From contig NC_043007.1 of the NCBI RefSeq assembly GCF_006345805.1, forward strand, positions 40,176,001-40,240,000: 64,000 nt of DNA, given 5' to 3'. Position 1 is the first letter of the stretch. The number at the start of each line of letters is the position of its first letter. Under the pieces are notes generated by a model. It searched no databases. It saw nothing but the letters and a program-made list of their open reading frames with translations, and was not told where the DNA came from. The stretch comes from Octopus sinensis (lineage: Eukaryota). A program made the position numbers and the translations under genes. Below, piece by piece: positions 12,438-25,410 of the stretch.

Positions 12438-12818
12438 AGGCGCAGGAGTGGCTATGTGGTAAGTAGCTTGTTTACCAACCACATGATTCCGGGTTCAATC
12501 CCACTGCGTGGCACCTTGGGCAAGTGTCTTCCACTATAGCCTCGGGCCAACCAAAGCCTTGTGAGTAGATTTGGTAGACGGAAAATGAAAGAAGCCCGTC
12601 GTATATATGTGTGCGTGTATGTTTGTGTTTGTCCCCCTAGCATTGCTTGACAACTGATGCTGGTGTGTTTATGTCCCCATCACTTAGCGGTTCGGCAAAA
12701 GAGACCGATAGAATAAGTACTGGGCTTACAAAGAATAAGTCCCGGGGTCGAGTTGCTCGATTAAAGGCGGTGCTCCAGCATGGCCGCAGTCAAATGACTG
12801 AAACAAGTAAAAGAGAGA
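12438..12818 (+). mobile_element. SINE family A copy
   Basis: Full match. Confidence 0.88.
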
Positions 12819-13167
12819 GATACCAGTCATACTTATCTCTGAAAAAATAGCTCCTTTTGCAGTTGAATAACAAACTCGCAGAGGAAAAGTTGCCTTCAAT
12901 TTCCTTACACCATTAATGTGACTGTTTCTGACAAGAAATTTTGCTTTCATGTAAAATGATTATAGTTTTGTAGTCGTTATTCGTAATCTACTCCAAAAAC
13001 ACTTCAGTAGCTCTATTTTGCATCGCTTGCAAGCCTATATGTTTTATGATCATTAGTGCAACGGCCTCCCCCAAATAACCAGCCTCCAATTTGGTTTTCC
13101 GTTCCTAGGCTAATCAGAAACATAGATTGCCGTGCAACTCATAAACCTTCTCGGTAGTTCAATTATT

Positions 13168-13523
13168 TTACTCTTTTACTTGTTTCAGTCATTTGACTGC
13201 GGCCATGCTGGAGCAGCGCCTTTTAGTCGAGCAAATCGACCCCAGGACTTATTCTTTGTAAGCCTAGTACTTATTCTATCGGTCTCTTTTGCCGAACCGC
13301 TAAGTTACGGGGACGCAAACACACCAGCATCGGTTGTCAAGCGACTTTGGGGGGACAAACACAGACACACAAACACACATATATACGACGGGCTTCTTTT
13401 TAGATTCCGTCTACCAAATCCACTCACAAGGCTTTGGTCGGCCCGAAGCTATAGTAGAAGACACTTGCCCAAGGTGCCACGCAGTGGGACTGAACCCGGA
13501 ACAATGTGGTTGGTAAGCAAGCT
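13168..13523 (-). mobile_element. SINE family A copy (head truncated)
   Basis: Reverse-complement match. Confidence 0.88.
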
Positions 13524-13632
13524 GTGAAAAAATACCGCCAAGGCAACTTAAACCGTTAACAGAACGAGAGCAGTGAAAGGCGTTCAGGCGAGTATACTGG
13601 CATTGATGTGGCAACATTTGAAATATTGTCTA

Positions 13633-13713
13633 GGTAAATGCAGCTGATGAAGACTTATCAAATTTACGTTGTCAAACGTATTTGAAGAGTCAGAAACCGG
13701 TCCTGCATTATCC
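13633..13713 (+). ncRNA. type I hammerhead-ribozyme-like motif (Penelope-like minimal form)
   Basis: AATGCAG-CTGATGA-[stem II]-GAAAC-CG-GTC-CTGCATT. Stem I is 7 bp, both core boxes are present and stem III is palindromic (ACCGGT). An extra A flanks stem II on each side. Confidence 0.6.
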
Positions 13714-14144
13714 GATTCTAGGTTGTCCATTTATCGAATGTTCTTCCGAGAGGTAAGACTAATTTTTTCCTGTTTGTTGCACACACACGTCTTTGCAAGT
13801 AAACATGCAGTAAAGCTATACAATAGCGTCGTATTTGTATCGATTGCTATTTTCCAGTAAATATTGGTGCCTTGTTGTACCACTTATCTAATTTTATATG
13901 TATAATTCTACCCTTATGGGGCTTTATTTTACTGGAAAGTAATACATTTGTATTGCAATATTATTTTTCATATACATATATATATCATCATCGTTTAACG
14001 TCCGCTTTCCATGCTAGCATGGGTTGGACGGTTCAACCGGGGTCTGGGAAGCCAGAAGGCTGCACAAGGCCCAGTCTGATCTGGCAGTGTTTCTACAGCT
14101 GGATGTCCTTCCTAACGCCTATATATAATGAGGTACAGCCATGA

Positions 14145-14358
14145 TACGAGTGGGGGGACGCTGACAAGTCCCTTGCTTTAATGGTCTCATGAAAGGCCTG
14201 GCTGGAGGCTCAACCTTCCAAATTCTTTTACAGGGACTGCTGCAATAAATGTGTGAATCTGAGAGGGGAATATGTTAAATAAAATCATAATTAACTGATC
14301 CTCCTGTATTTTCTTTTACCCTAAGCCCTAAACTTTTCAGCATGCCCGCTTGTACACA
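14145..14358 (+). mobile_element. internally deleted mariner element
   Basis: Degenerate TIRs (TACGAG...GCTGACAAGT / ACTTTTCAGCATGCCCGCTTGTA) and a remnant KCVNLRGEYV C-terminus. Confidence 0.55.
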
Positions 14359-16038
14359 AACACAGATACACATTATATATATGCGTGTGTGTGTGTGTGT
14401 GAGAGAGAAGAATCATGCCAGAACAGATAATGGAGTTTGGTGTGGCCCCTGGCCTTACCAGCTCTGATAAAACTGCCCAACCCATGCCAGTGTGGAAAAC
14501 AGACGTTAAATGGTCATGATGATGATGATGAGTTTAGCGTCCACTTTCCATGCTAGCATGGGTTGGACGGTTCAACTGGGGTCTGGGAAGCCAGAAGGCT
14601 GCACCAGGCCCAGCCTGATCTAGCAATGTTTCTACGGCAGGATGCCCTTCCTAACGCCAACCACTCCGTGAGTGTAGTGGGTGCTTCTTACGTGCCACCA
14701 ACACAGGTGCCAGACGAGGCTGGAAAACGGCCATGATCGGATGGTGCTTTTTACGTGCCACCGGCACAGAGGCCAGTCAGGGCGGCGCTGGCAACGACCA
14801 CATTCGGATGGTTCTCTTACGTGCCCCCAGCACTGGTATCACAGCTACAATTTCCATTGATGTTGATCGATTTCGATTTTGATTCTGATTCTCATGATAA
14901 TATATATATATATTCTCATGATAATATATATATATATATATTACACACACATACACACACACAATATAACAATATACATATACATATATACACAGGTACA
15001 GGCAATTTACAAATAATACATACATTAGAAAAGAATTTAATAAAGATAAATATAAAATTAAGAAAAAAGGCAAAACCAGAGTGCAATCATGAATTTAATA
15101 ATGTCTCAGATAGGCACAAGGGTACAAAGTTATTGGAAAGGAAGTGAACAGTCGACTGTATCACCCCACAGGGGCTTTGTAAAAAGTTTGTCCAAAAAAA
15201 AAACAAGAAAGATTTTATTGACTCTGGATGGACAAAAGGCAAAAATTGTTGACCCCATCGCAGCAAGATTTAAAATTCAGAACATAAAGGGACGTAACTA
15301 GATACCACAAGGCATTTTAAACCTTGGTTATACCATTTCTGCCACTCCACTACCAGCAAGAACATAACAAACAACATTAGTAATAATAATAATTATAATC
15401 ATAGTAATAAAAATATAAAACAACTACAGCAATGACCATTTACTACTTTGTAGTCATGGAAACCTAGATTCGACTGATTGTATACTGGTTGATAGATTTT
15501 ATATATATATATACCAGCTTTCTTCAGAACTATATACATACCTTACTTTTGCACATACACACAAACACACATATATAATTATATATACGTAAATTCATAT
15601 ATAATTATATCTACATACATGATATATTTGTCCATAATTTACATAACTGTATGCATATTACATATATATATATATATATATACACACACACGGTCACATG
15701 CTTATATAATTATATATACATACATGGTACATAATTATATATATGTATATATATACACACATACACACATATAGAACAACCAGTACCACTACAGGCGAAA
15801 CTTATGTGGTCCTCGTACTCAGATGTAGTTGTAGTAGTATTAGTAGTAATAGGCAGTAGTAGTAGTGGTAGTAGTATCAGTGCTGGTAGTGGTAGTTGCA
15901 GCAGTAGTAGTAATAGTAGTTGTATGAACAGCCCCCAGCAACAGCAGGAAAGAAGGGTTCGTGTGGAGTGTTTTCAGAGGTCATGGTGAGAGTGCATATC
16001 TGTATGCATGTGAAAGTGCACGTGTATGTATATGTGTG

Positions 16039-16071
<33 letters not shown>

Positions 16072-16086
16072 ATATGTGTGTAAAAG

Positions 16087-16127
<41 letters not shown>

Positions 16128-16582
16128 GGAATAGGTGGCAGTAACAAAACCCAAAACCTCCACCGAAAACCACAACCAACAAAACCCCTATTCTATCTCT
16201 TCAATACCTCACCAGGTACTAAATATAATTGATCCCACTGTTGTGCACAAGTTTATGTCAGTGTGCATGCATGAATGAGTATGTGCATGTGTGTGTTTAT
16301 GTGTGTATGTGTTTGTAGGTTTGTGTGTGTCTGTTTGTGATGTGTTTAAATAAGTGCTGTACATTTCTTTTCTGTCTGACCTAGAAACCTCCATCTGTCC
16401 TTCCATCTACCCATCTATCCACCCATCTGTCTGTCTGTCTGACTGTCTGAACCCATGTCCATCTACCCAACTGTTCTGCCACTTGGCCAAACTAGTTGAC
16501 CACTGACTGCTAACCAAACAACCAAATGGTTGGTTGCTCAAGCTTGGAGAGAGAGAGAAAGAGAGAGGGGGGGAGTTGTTCG

Positions 16583-16933
16583 TCATGATTTCTGGGTGAG
16601 CACATCATTGAGGATGGTGGAAGACGACATTAAGCCAACCTGCGGCGGGTTTGTTTGAGAGCCGGAGGAAAGTGGCGAGAGGACGGGGAAATTTGGCGCC
16701 ATGGGGGCCATCAGCAAGTGCTGTCCCTGCGTTGACAGGTGGTCGTTGATCGGGATTGGCATTGCCACATGCCGTGGTGCCGTGAACGGGTTGAAGTTAC
16801 GCTCATGCGACTCCTTTTTCACCTTGCCCTTGCTGCGCACCTCTTTCTCAAGTGTCTCGGTTTTCATTCGGAGAGCTGGAGGAGGCGGTGAGGATTCTTT
16901 TTCCAGAAAGTTCACAAACAATTCTGAGAAACT
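16583..16933 (-). CDS. TRIP11: TRIP11/GMAP-210 terminal coding exon (SFSELFVNFLEKES...NDVLTQKS*)
   Basis: Polypyrimidine tract + TTTCAG acceptor, phase 0, 117 codons to TGA. The motifs SFSELFVNFLEKES, NPFTAPR, HLLM and ILNDVL match the vertebrate TRIP11 C-terminus as recalled (SFSELFVKFLETES, NPFLAPR, HLLL, VLKDLL). Confidence 0.93.
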   Translation of the reverse strand, partial: SFSELFVNFLEKESSPPPPALRMKTETLEKEVRSKGKVKKESHERNFNPFTAPRHVAMPIPINDHLSTQGQHLLMAPMAPNFPVLSPLSSGSQTNPPQVGLMSSSTILNDVLTQKS

Positions 16934-18329
16934 CTGAAAGATAGAAAAGAAAAAAAAGAATCCAATAATATAAATAAACAAATAAATTTATAAATATATT
17001 TTAAAACAAATAAAAAAATATCAAAACAAATTATACATATATGTGTGTGTGTGTTAGTAGATGTGACTGTGTGGTAAGAAGCTTATGGTTCCTGGCTCAG
17101 TCCCATTACATGGCACCTTGGGCAAGTGTCTACTATAGTCTCAGGCTGACCAAAGCCTTGTGAGTGGATTTGGTAGATGGAAACTGAAAGAAGCCAGTTG
17201 TATATATGTGTGTGTGCATATATATATATATACACACACATATACACAGACATATACTAGCTTAAAAGCTGCCCTTCATCAGGTATCTTGGGGAAATTTT
17301 TCAAACATGGGTTCTCATTCCTAAGGTATTTTTCAATGTTGTTGTTGTTGTTGTTGTTATTATTATTATTATTCAGGAATCGAACTCGGAATCTTGGGGT
17401 TAGTAGCCTCCGCTCTTAATAATAATAATAATAATAATAATAACTACAACATCAAAAAGTATCTTAGGAACGAGAACCCAGGTTTGAAAAATTTCCCCAA
17501 GACAAATAGCCATCAAATGTAAATAATGTAACTATATATATATATATATATCTTAATATCATTATTAATACTTTATCTCTAAATTATATATATATATATA
17601 TACACACACACACATCTGGGTATAGTTGTAGATACTAGTGATGTTGCATCTCATTTCTACAGATGAGTGAACCAGAGCAACATGAAATAAAGTCTTGCTC
17701 AAGAACACAACACACTGATGGTCTGGGAATCGAACTCACAATCCCACAATTGTAAGCCCAATGCTCTAACTACTGAGTCATGAACATATGAGCACACACA
17801 CACATATACCTGTATGTGTGTGTGTGTGTGTAGTGTATACACTATATTACATCCACAATTTAAATCTAATGTATATTGCAGGATTTGAAGAAGAGAATGT
17901 AAGGAGCAGCAAGAAATACCACAAGGTAGTTTGATCATTGCTTTGACAATTCTGCCATTCCACAACCCTTAATGATAATATCATCTGCCTCCCCCTCCTC
18001 CACATCATCCTCTTCTGTTTCCATAAGAGATAGTGTTGGCTCAATACTTCAATACTGGCCAATCCACTTTCACTATTAATTCTACTCTGTAAGAAAGTCA
18101 GCTGTTTAACTAAATCCAATATTACATCCACCCAGATCTTTATTAACTTCTGAAAACTCCTTTAATGCAATAAACCTCTGTAGTCTAATTTTAATAATAT
18201 AAATCTGAGATCAATGACAATTCTAGACTTCTCAAGGCATGTCTCATCATATTGATGAGACATGCCTCTTTTGTAACATGATATGGTACCAACTGTTAAA
18301 GTCTACACTCATTTAATTAGGGGTAGGTT

Positions 18330-18830
18330 ACATATTTAGGATGAAAGAGTAGTGGGTGGATAAAATAGCAGTGACCAGATGAAGGAGCAGTACCCAAATG
18401 AAAGAGTAAGGGTTAGATGTAAAGGCAGTGGCTGGATGAAGGAGTAAAGATTAGATGTAGGAGCAGAGACAGGATGGAAAGTAGGGGATGAATGAAGGAG
18501 TAAGGGTTAGATGTAAAGGCAGTGACTGGATGAGTAAGGCTCAGATGTTGGTGTAGTGACGAGACGAATGAGTAGTGGGAGATTGAAGGAGCAGTAACTG
18601 AATGAAAGAGGAGATGAATGAAGGAATCTGGTAGTTGGACAGATGAAGGATCAGTGATCAAAGAAGCAGGGATCAGACAAAAGAGTATTGTCTGGATGAA
18701 GAATCACTGATCAGATGAAGGAGCAGTATCTGAATGATAAAGCAGTGGTCAGATAAAGAAGTGCCTGGTTAACTGAGCAGTGGGTGAATAAAGAAGCAAC
18801 GATCAGATGAAGGCACAGTGTCCATGACCT
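18330..18830. repeat. degenerate purine-rich minisatellite (GATGAAGGAGCAGT-like units)
   Basis: Recurring GATGAAGGAG / GGTTAGATGTAAAGGCAGTG words. Confidence 0.6.
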
Positions 18831-19099
18831 TCAAATATCTCCACCAAGAATGGTCAAACTTCTAAGGTTGATGGTTAGTAGAACATTTCTACATCGATGA
18901 CTGTTGTATGATGGGGTGGAGAAAGTTCTTGGCCTTGGGTAAAACAACAAAATACAGGAGGATTATTTATGATTTTATTCAAAATATTTCCCTCTCAGAT
19001 TCACACACTTATTAAGTTTTTTTTTAGCCATGCAAAAGAAGTTGAAAGATTGGGCTTCCAACCATACCTTTCACAGGAACTTCTCAGTACCCCGTCATA

Positions 19100-19270
19100 A
19101 AGAACTCCTGGAAGTAGTATGTGTGTTTCCATGCATCTAGCTCATTTTGGCAGTTCAGGCTTAGTATTTTTCTCCTAATGAAGAGTGCTTCTGTAATTTT
19201 GAGACTGATGGCATCCATACCCCTTGCTAGTATCTGGGTGGGAAAATCTCTTTTATAGTATTGGCAGTGT
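19100..19270 (-). mobile_element. Penelope-like GIY-YIG endonuclease C-terminal remnant
   Basis: QILARGMDAISLKITEALFIRRKILSLNCQNE resembles the ILAR...KESLFI...PSLN motif. Confidence 0.5.
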
Positions 19271-20011
19271 TGAAATACCTTCTTGTGCTTTACTACCTTG
19301 TATTTTCTTTTTATATTCTTCAATTATCTTTCCTAACCGCTTCCACTGATGACATTATCCTGCTATCTTGCTATACTCCAACCATGTTGCCTGAGATACA
19401 GCAACACAGTAACTGGTATTTTACCAAACACAGAAAGATGAAAGGCAATCCTGACCCCACCAGATGCTAATGATGAAATCATTCAACTTAGCCTTTTCAC
19501 TCTCTACTACAGTTGGCAATGTGTGTGGTGTGTGTGTGTGTGCATGTGTGTGCGCATGCGCGTGTGTGTGTGTGTGTGTGTGTACTGTTGCTATAAACCA
19601 ATACATTAGAATTATTCAAATTAATGTATTGTTATCATTGGCCAAAAGTCACACCCCGCCTCCCAGTTGAAGGCTCATGCACTGTTGTATAATTAAATTT
19701 TTTTCCTTTGTTTTCTGTGCTGTTATATTCATTTTTATATTCCCTCTCTTCCCCACTCCCAACCCCAGATGAGAATCTTTATATTAGCAAAATAAAATAT
19801 ATAATAAAATATAAACAAAATAAAATAACATTAAAAAAAAAAATCTTCTTTATGTTTCCTCAGTATGGGAAAATGTTCAGAACGTTCCAAAAGGATTCAG
19901 AGGAAAAAAATATTATTCAAGAAAGAAATGCTTTTTATCATCATCTGAGTTTGGTAAAAAAAAATTTGAAATTCAATGGAGCAAGCAAAAGCATGTTCCA
20001 AATGGATGAAA

Positions 20012-20012
<1 letters not shown>

Positions 20013-20048
<36 letters not shown>

Positions 20049-20080
20049 TGATAATAATAATAATAATAATAATGATGATA

Positions 20081-20142
<62 letters not shown>

Positions 20143-20287
20143 TAATAATAATGATAATAATAATAATAATAATAATAATGAATAATAATAATAATAATAA
20201 ATAATAATAATATAATAATGATAATAATAATAATATAATAATAATAATAATAATAATATAAAATAATAATAATAATAATAATATATG

Positions 20288-20319
<32 letters not shown>

Positions 20320-20345
20320 GATAATATAATAATAATAATAATATT
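20013..20345. repeat. about 330-bp impure (AAT)n microsatellite
   Basis: Direct reading. Confidence 0.95.
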
Positions 20346-20497
20346 AATATTTATGATGATGGTAAAATTTCTTTAACAATGTGCTTATTGCACAATGAAC
20401 AAGGGATCCAGCATTCATAGTACATCCGATTTCAATCATAATCCCATTGGAGTTTCTGAACGCTTTACCCCTAATAATAACAGTAATAATTACAAGA

Positions 20498-20856
20498 GCA
20501 CTCAGAGAGCGCAAACCTCTGCCAAGGCAACACCAACGTCCTCTCAATGATTACCCAGAGATGATGTTTTAAAATGAGAATATCTGAAATAAACTCAGCT
20601 GCTCTCACAAACAAGAATACTAAAAATGAACCCGACCGCTCTGAAATATTAAGTAAAAAATGTGGAAAAATAATCCAGAATCTTTGTCTGGTACCGGATC
20701 GATCGCAAAATCTAATCAGTTTGTGCCAGTCATGAGACCAAACATCCCTGAAAGTTTCATCTAAATCCATCCAGTGGTTCTTGAGATATCTTGTCCTTGG
20801 ACAAGCTAACAAACAAATATGACTGAAAACAACACCTCCACCTTGGTGGAGGTAAT
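20498..20856 (+). mobile_element. Helentron/DINE-like non-autonomous element
   Basis: Ends in the hairpin ACCTCCACCTTGGTGGAGGT followed by (AAT)n. The classification is inference. Confidence 0.45.
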
Positions 20857-21084
20857 AATAATAATAATAGTTTCAAGTTTTGGCACATAACCAGCAATTT
20901 GGGGGGAGGGGTGAGTCAATAAGATCGAACCAAGGATTCAACTGGTACTTATTTCATCGACTCCGAAAGGATGAAAGGCAAGGTCAACTTTGATGGCATC
21001 TGAATCCAGAACATAAAGATGGACAGAATGCTGCTAAGCATTTTGCCTGGCATGGTAGCGATTCTGCCAGCCTACCACCTTAAT

Positions 21085-21161
<77 letters not shown>

Positions 21162-21163
21162 TG

Positions 21164-21219
<56 letters not shown>

Positions 21220-21494
21220 CCTTTTTATTATAAGCACAAGGCTTGAAATTTGGTGGGAGGGGACTAGTAGATTACAGTGACCCCCAGTGATCAACTGGTA
21301 CTTAATTCATGTAATCCCCTCCCCAAGCTTTCAGTCAAACTGTAACATCTCTTATTCTTCACTCACCCCAAGATGCTAGGTGTGTCCCAGCAAGTGATTT
21401 TAACAAACATGCAGATTAAAAGTAAAATAGTAATGATAGTGATAATAATAATAATAATAATAATATAATAATAATAATAATAATAATAGATTAC

Positions 21495-21596
21495 CTTGTT
21501 GAATTTTGAAGGGCTGGGTTTGGGTGATACAGATGGAGGAATGGAACTTGTCTGGAAAAAGCCCAATACCCAGCTTTTCCTAAATGAACCCTCTGC
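21495..21596 (-). CDS. TRIP11: TRIP11 internal exon (AEGSFRKSWVLGFFQTSSIPPSVSPKPSPSKFNK)
   Basis: TTGCAG acceptor, AAG/GTAATC donor, 102 bp, phase 0-0. Joins the flanking exons in frame and has the W/G plus Ser/Pro linker seen after the GRAB domain. Confidence 0.85.
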
Positions 21597-22673
21597 CTGC
21601 AAGACACAAACAAAAGTACAAACAGATTATATAACCATAGGAACAATACATCTCATTGCACGAGTCACACACATATAGAAGAAAGAAATTGTTGTTTGAT
21701 GTGTGAGAAATAGCAGTTAAATCCTTTCATATCACACTCTACTGTCTTGGGGGAGAAAAAAAAAAAAAAAAAACAAAACAATGTAGTCATAGATATATAA
21801 AAACTTGGAAGGGTCATGGTTGGAAAAGCTTTGATCAGAAACCTGTTTAGTCTGGATCTGGTGCTACACCCCAATTACTCACCCACAAAAGCTACAGTAT
21901 TGTCATTATTAGTAAAAGTAAACTCCCTTCCTGAGTCATATAGACTCAAAATCTAGTTTGCCAGTTTCCACGGCATATATATTACCCGTCTGGGCAAGAT
22001 GCTGGTCCGTTGCATGATTGCTCCTCTTTGCCAGCTGAGTGGACTGGAGCAACATGAAATGAAGTATTTCACTCAAGAGCATAATGGGTCATCTGGTCCA
22101 GGAATCGAAACCACAATCTTACAACCAAGAGTCTAATATCCTAACCACTTAGCCATGTGCCACCACAGAATCTTCTCTATCTTCATTGATATACAGTAGC
22201 ATGGCTTGAACTATCAGAGACCAGACTGTGAAAACACAACAAAGATTTGAATACATAGTAATGTATCCAACAGATATTCTGTTGCTGGTTTCATTTGTTG
22301 GACTGCAGCCATGCTGGAGCACCAACTTCATGATCTTTAGTCAATTATATTGACCATAGCGTTTTTGGTATTTATTTCATTAATTGCGATTTATGAAATG
22401 GCTATGTTCATATACTTATTTACATCCTTTTAGGCAAGCCATACCGATTTACAAGTACACTTGTATACACCACACAGTAAACAAACATATGCAAGGGTAT
22501 GAATGTTTGTGCATATGTTTGTGTGCATACTGCCATAAATCACACCCTCAATACCAGCTATTTTACAACAATCCATCACTCACTCTCCTCTATACCTCCT
22601 TCCAGTACTGTCACATTAAACCAACTAATATTGCCTCTTCCATTTCACTTTCAAACACCGGAGTACAATTAGC

Positions 22674-22716
<43 letters not shown>

Positions 22717-25074
22717 TATTATTATTATAAATATAAGAGAAAAATAACAAAGGAACATGAACTACAGCTTGCGGCTGTTTCCATTAAAAGAGTAAGCAAC
22801 ATTATGTAAAGAGTGCTGCATTATACTCTCTCAGTTTCATCAGAACTAACTGAATTCCTTTATTTGGGAAAGATCTTATTTATTTATACCCATGATGCAG
22901 GTCAGCTCATACTTCATCACACTTGAACAGTTTTTAGGTCCTATATGTGTGTGTGAGGCATGGCTTAGGGATTAGGGTGTTGTACTCACAATCACAAGAT
23001 TATTAGCAGTCTGTTGTGTTCTTGAGCAAAACACTTCAAAGAACTAGCATTCTGTTGAGAGGGGAATGTTGGCATACCTGCCTAGTTAGTGGGGCAGCAT
23101 CATTCAAAAGCTATAACAATGCAAGAATGCAAGGAAGTGCACTGTGATCAGCAGTATATAACCATAATAATGTTCAAAATTATCTGAAATCAGGCACAAT
23201 CTCAGGGAGCATTTTATGTGCAGACTCAAATATGCATCACCATATTCTGGAATCATCTGCGATTATTTCTCATTGCATTATATCATTGCATACACATTCT
23301 CATAATATATTATCCATCTTCTTTTCAATTTCATTAGTTTCACATTTTTTTCAACATTTGCTGTCACATTTTGTGCATGCTTTTTAAGCGCTCATTGTTT
23401 AAGCTCAGGTATAAGAACTTAGCACTACTAATGTTTTTGTCATTCACTGTAAAAACCGTACCTAAGCAAGCATGTTATATAAGAAAAAAAAAAGTCACTC
23501 ATATAAAGAAATATTTCTTTCCATTTCACTTTGAAAATTTACAATAAGAAAGGTACAACAAGAAAAAATAAAAGCTTACTTTCCCAGTAGGCACTAAATC
23601 TCTTCATTTACTATTCAGCTTATATATCTAAGACGACATTAATTCATGACTCTCTTTAATGTGACAGTGTCATTTGGCTGCTTTTTCTAGCAGTGCAGCA
23701 GCCATGTAGAGAAACTCAAAAGTTCCAGTCAGTAATTTCTGATAAAGTTTCCACTCAATTAGTTTTTTTTTTTTTTTTTAAAGTAAAACAATAATCGATT
23801 CTTTTTCTTTGAATTTACATTTTCTTTTTTCTCTTGGAAATTAATGCTTAAAGGATATACAACCACAACTGTTTCTTTGCTCATATACATATTTCAGTGC
23901 CTGAAATGTATATATATTTTACAGTCATTGTTTCACTTTCTGAAATTTAAAACATTCACTTTCAATTTCTTATTGCTATATGAGAGGAAAACATACATGC
24001 ATAGATACATTGGCTGCTAAAACAACCAAACAACACCTCAGGAGTCACAGATAAATGTTATCCTACAGATACCTGAAGACACATTTCGTTGTCAGCCAAA
24101 ATGTATATACGTTACATTTATTTATGAAATTTCGAAAATGCAATTCTTTCAGTTTACATTTCTTAATGCAAAATATAAGTGGAAAAAGAAATTTTTATAA
24201 ACTTGAAATAAACAGAAAAATGTATTTCAGTTGAACAAGTACCTGACTAAAATATTTCTTTAAAATTAACACCCCCACCCCCCAAAAAAAACTCAACAGA
24301 GAGAAAACATGCAGTTAAAATCTTAAGTACAGAATTCTGAAGATCAGAATAAACAAATACAGTTTAACAAGTTTATACACCATGTGAAAAATGGGTCTGT
24401 AGTAGAAGTAAATAGTGAAATTCTTACTCGTAAGGGATGTAACATTGCTCATGATTTCAAAGACCTCACTGGTTTCATTTTTAATTGAAATGTCATAGAG
24501 AAATGCACGATGAAACCGGAAAATTTTCCAAAAATTGTTGTTTTCACACTAAAAGGTGTTGATGTCATAAATGAGGAAATATCAAAAGTATTTGCAAGAG
24601 ATGTAAAAGTTCTGTTTAGTCATGATCAGTGTTCAAGACAACCCTTCAGAATTCACCACACAGCACTTGAATGCATTTACTATTTCATGTTTGCCATCAT
24701 ACATATTAAAATTAAAAACTCCTATGTGCAATTCACCAAGCTAATAATAGCATGTGTAATGGTACACATCTAGTTGCCATTACCATGATTCAAACAAGAA
24801 TCATTAAGGCGAAACTTATAACTGCAGGCCCACATCATAGAAAAAAAACTATTTATTCCAAGAGTCACACTTTCTTCAGTTGATGAAGAGTTATCATTTT
24901 CATTAATTAAGCAACAATTTTCAATAAAATTAGCTCTATGGCAACAACAGTTAATAAATCACAAGGCTAAATGTTTGAGGAGATTGCATTGTATTCGCCA
25001 AAACCAGTATTTATACATGGGCAACTACACTTTGCATTATCCAGAGGGTTTCTAGGGTTGAATATACATATATC

Positions 25075-25410
25075 TGAGACCCCCTTCGGTCATGACTGAC
25101 CATGGGATTGCACCTAGAAAGTTACCCTTCCAGGCACAAGTCCGGGTAAGGTAGTTTATGGAAAACCAGCAGTCGCCCATGCATATCAATCTCCCCTCTC
25201 CACGCCACCAGTGTTATCCAAGGGAAAGGCAAAGGCCGATACACCCTGGCACCTGTGATGTCACAACTCATTTCTACAGCTGAGTGAACTGGAGCAACGT
25301 GAAATAAAGTGTATTGCTCAAGAACGCAACACGCAGCTCGGTCCAGAACTCGAACTCACAACCTCATGATCGTAAGCTCGACGCTCTTACCACTGAGCCA
25401 TGCAACTTCA
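25075..25410 (-). mobile_element. tRNA-derived SINE family C; other copies at 25881-26128(-), 32570-32815(-), 50440-50775(+), 63147-63380(+) and 63398-63690(+)
   Basis: Shared head ...CTCAGTGGTTAGAG...GTTCGA and body GTTCTTGAGCAA...CACGTTGCTCCAGT(T/C)CACTCAGCTG, with two alternative 3' bodies. Confidence 0.75.
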
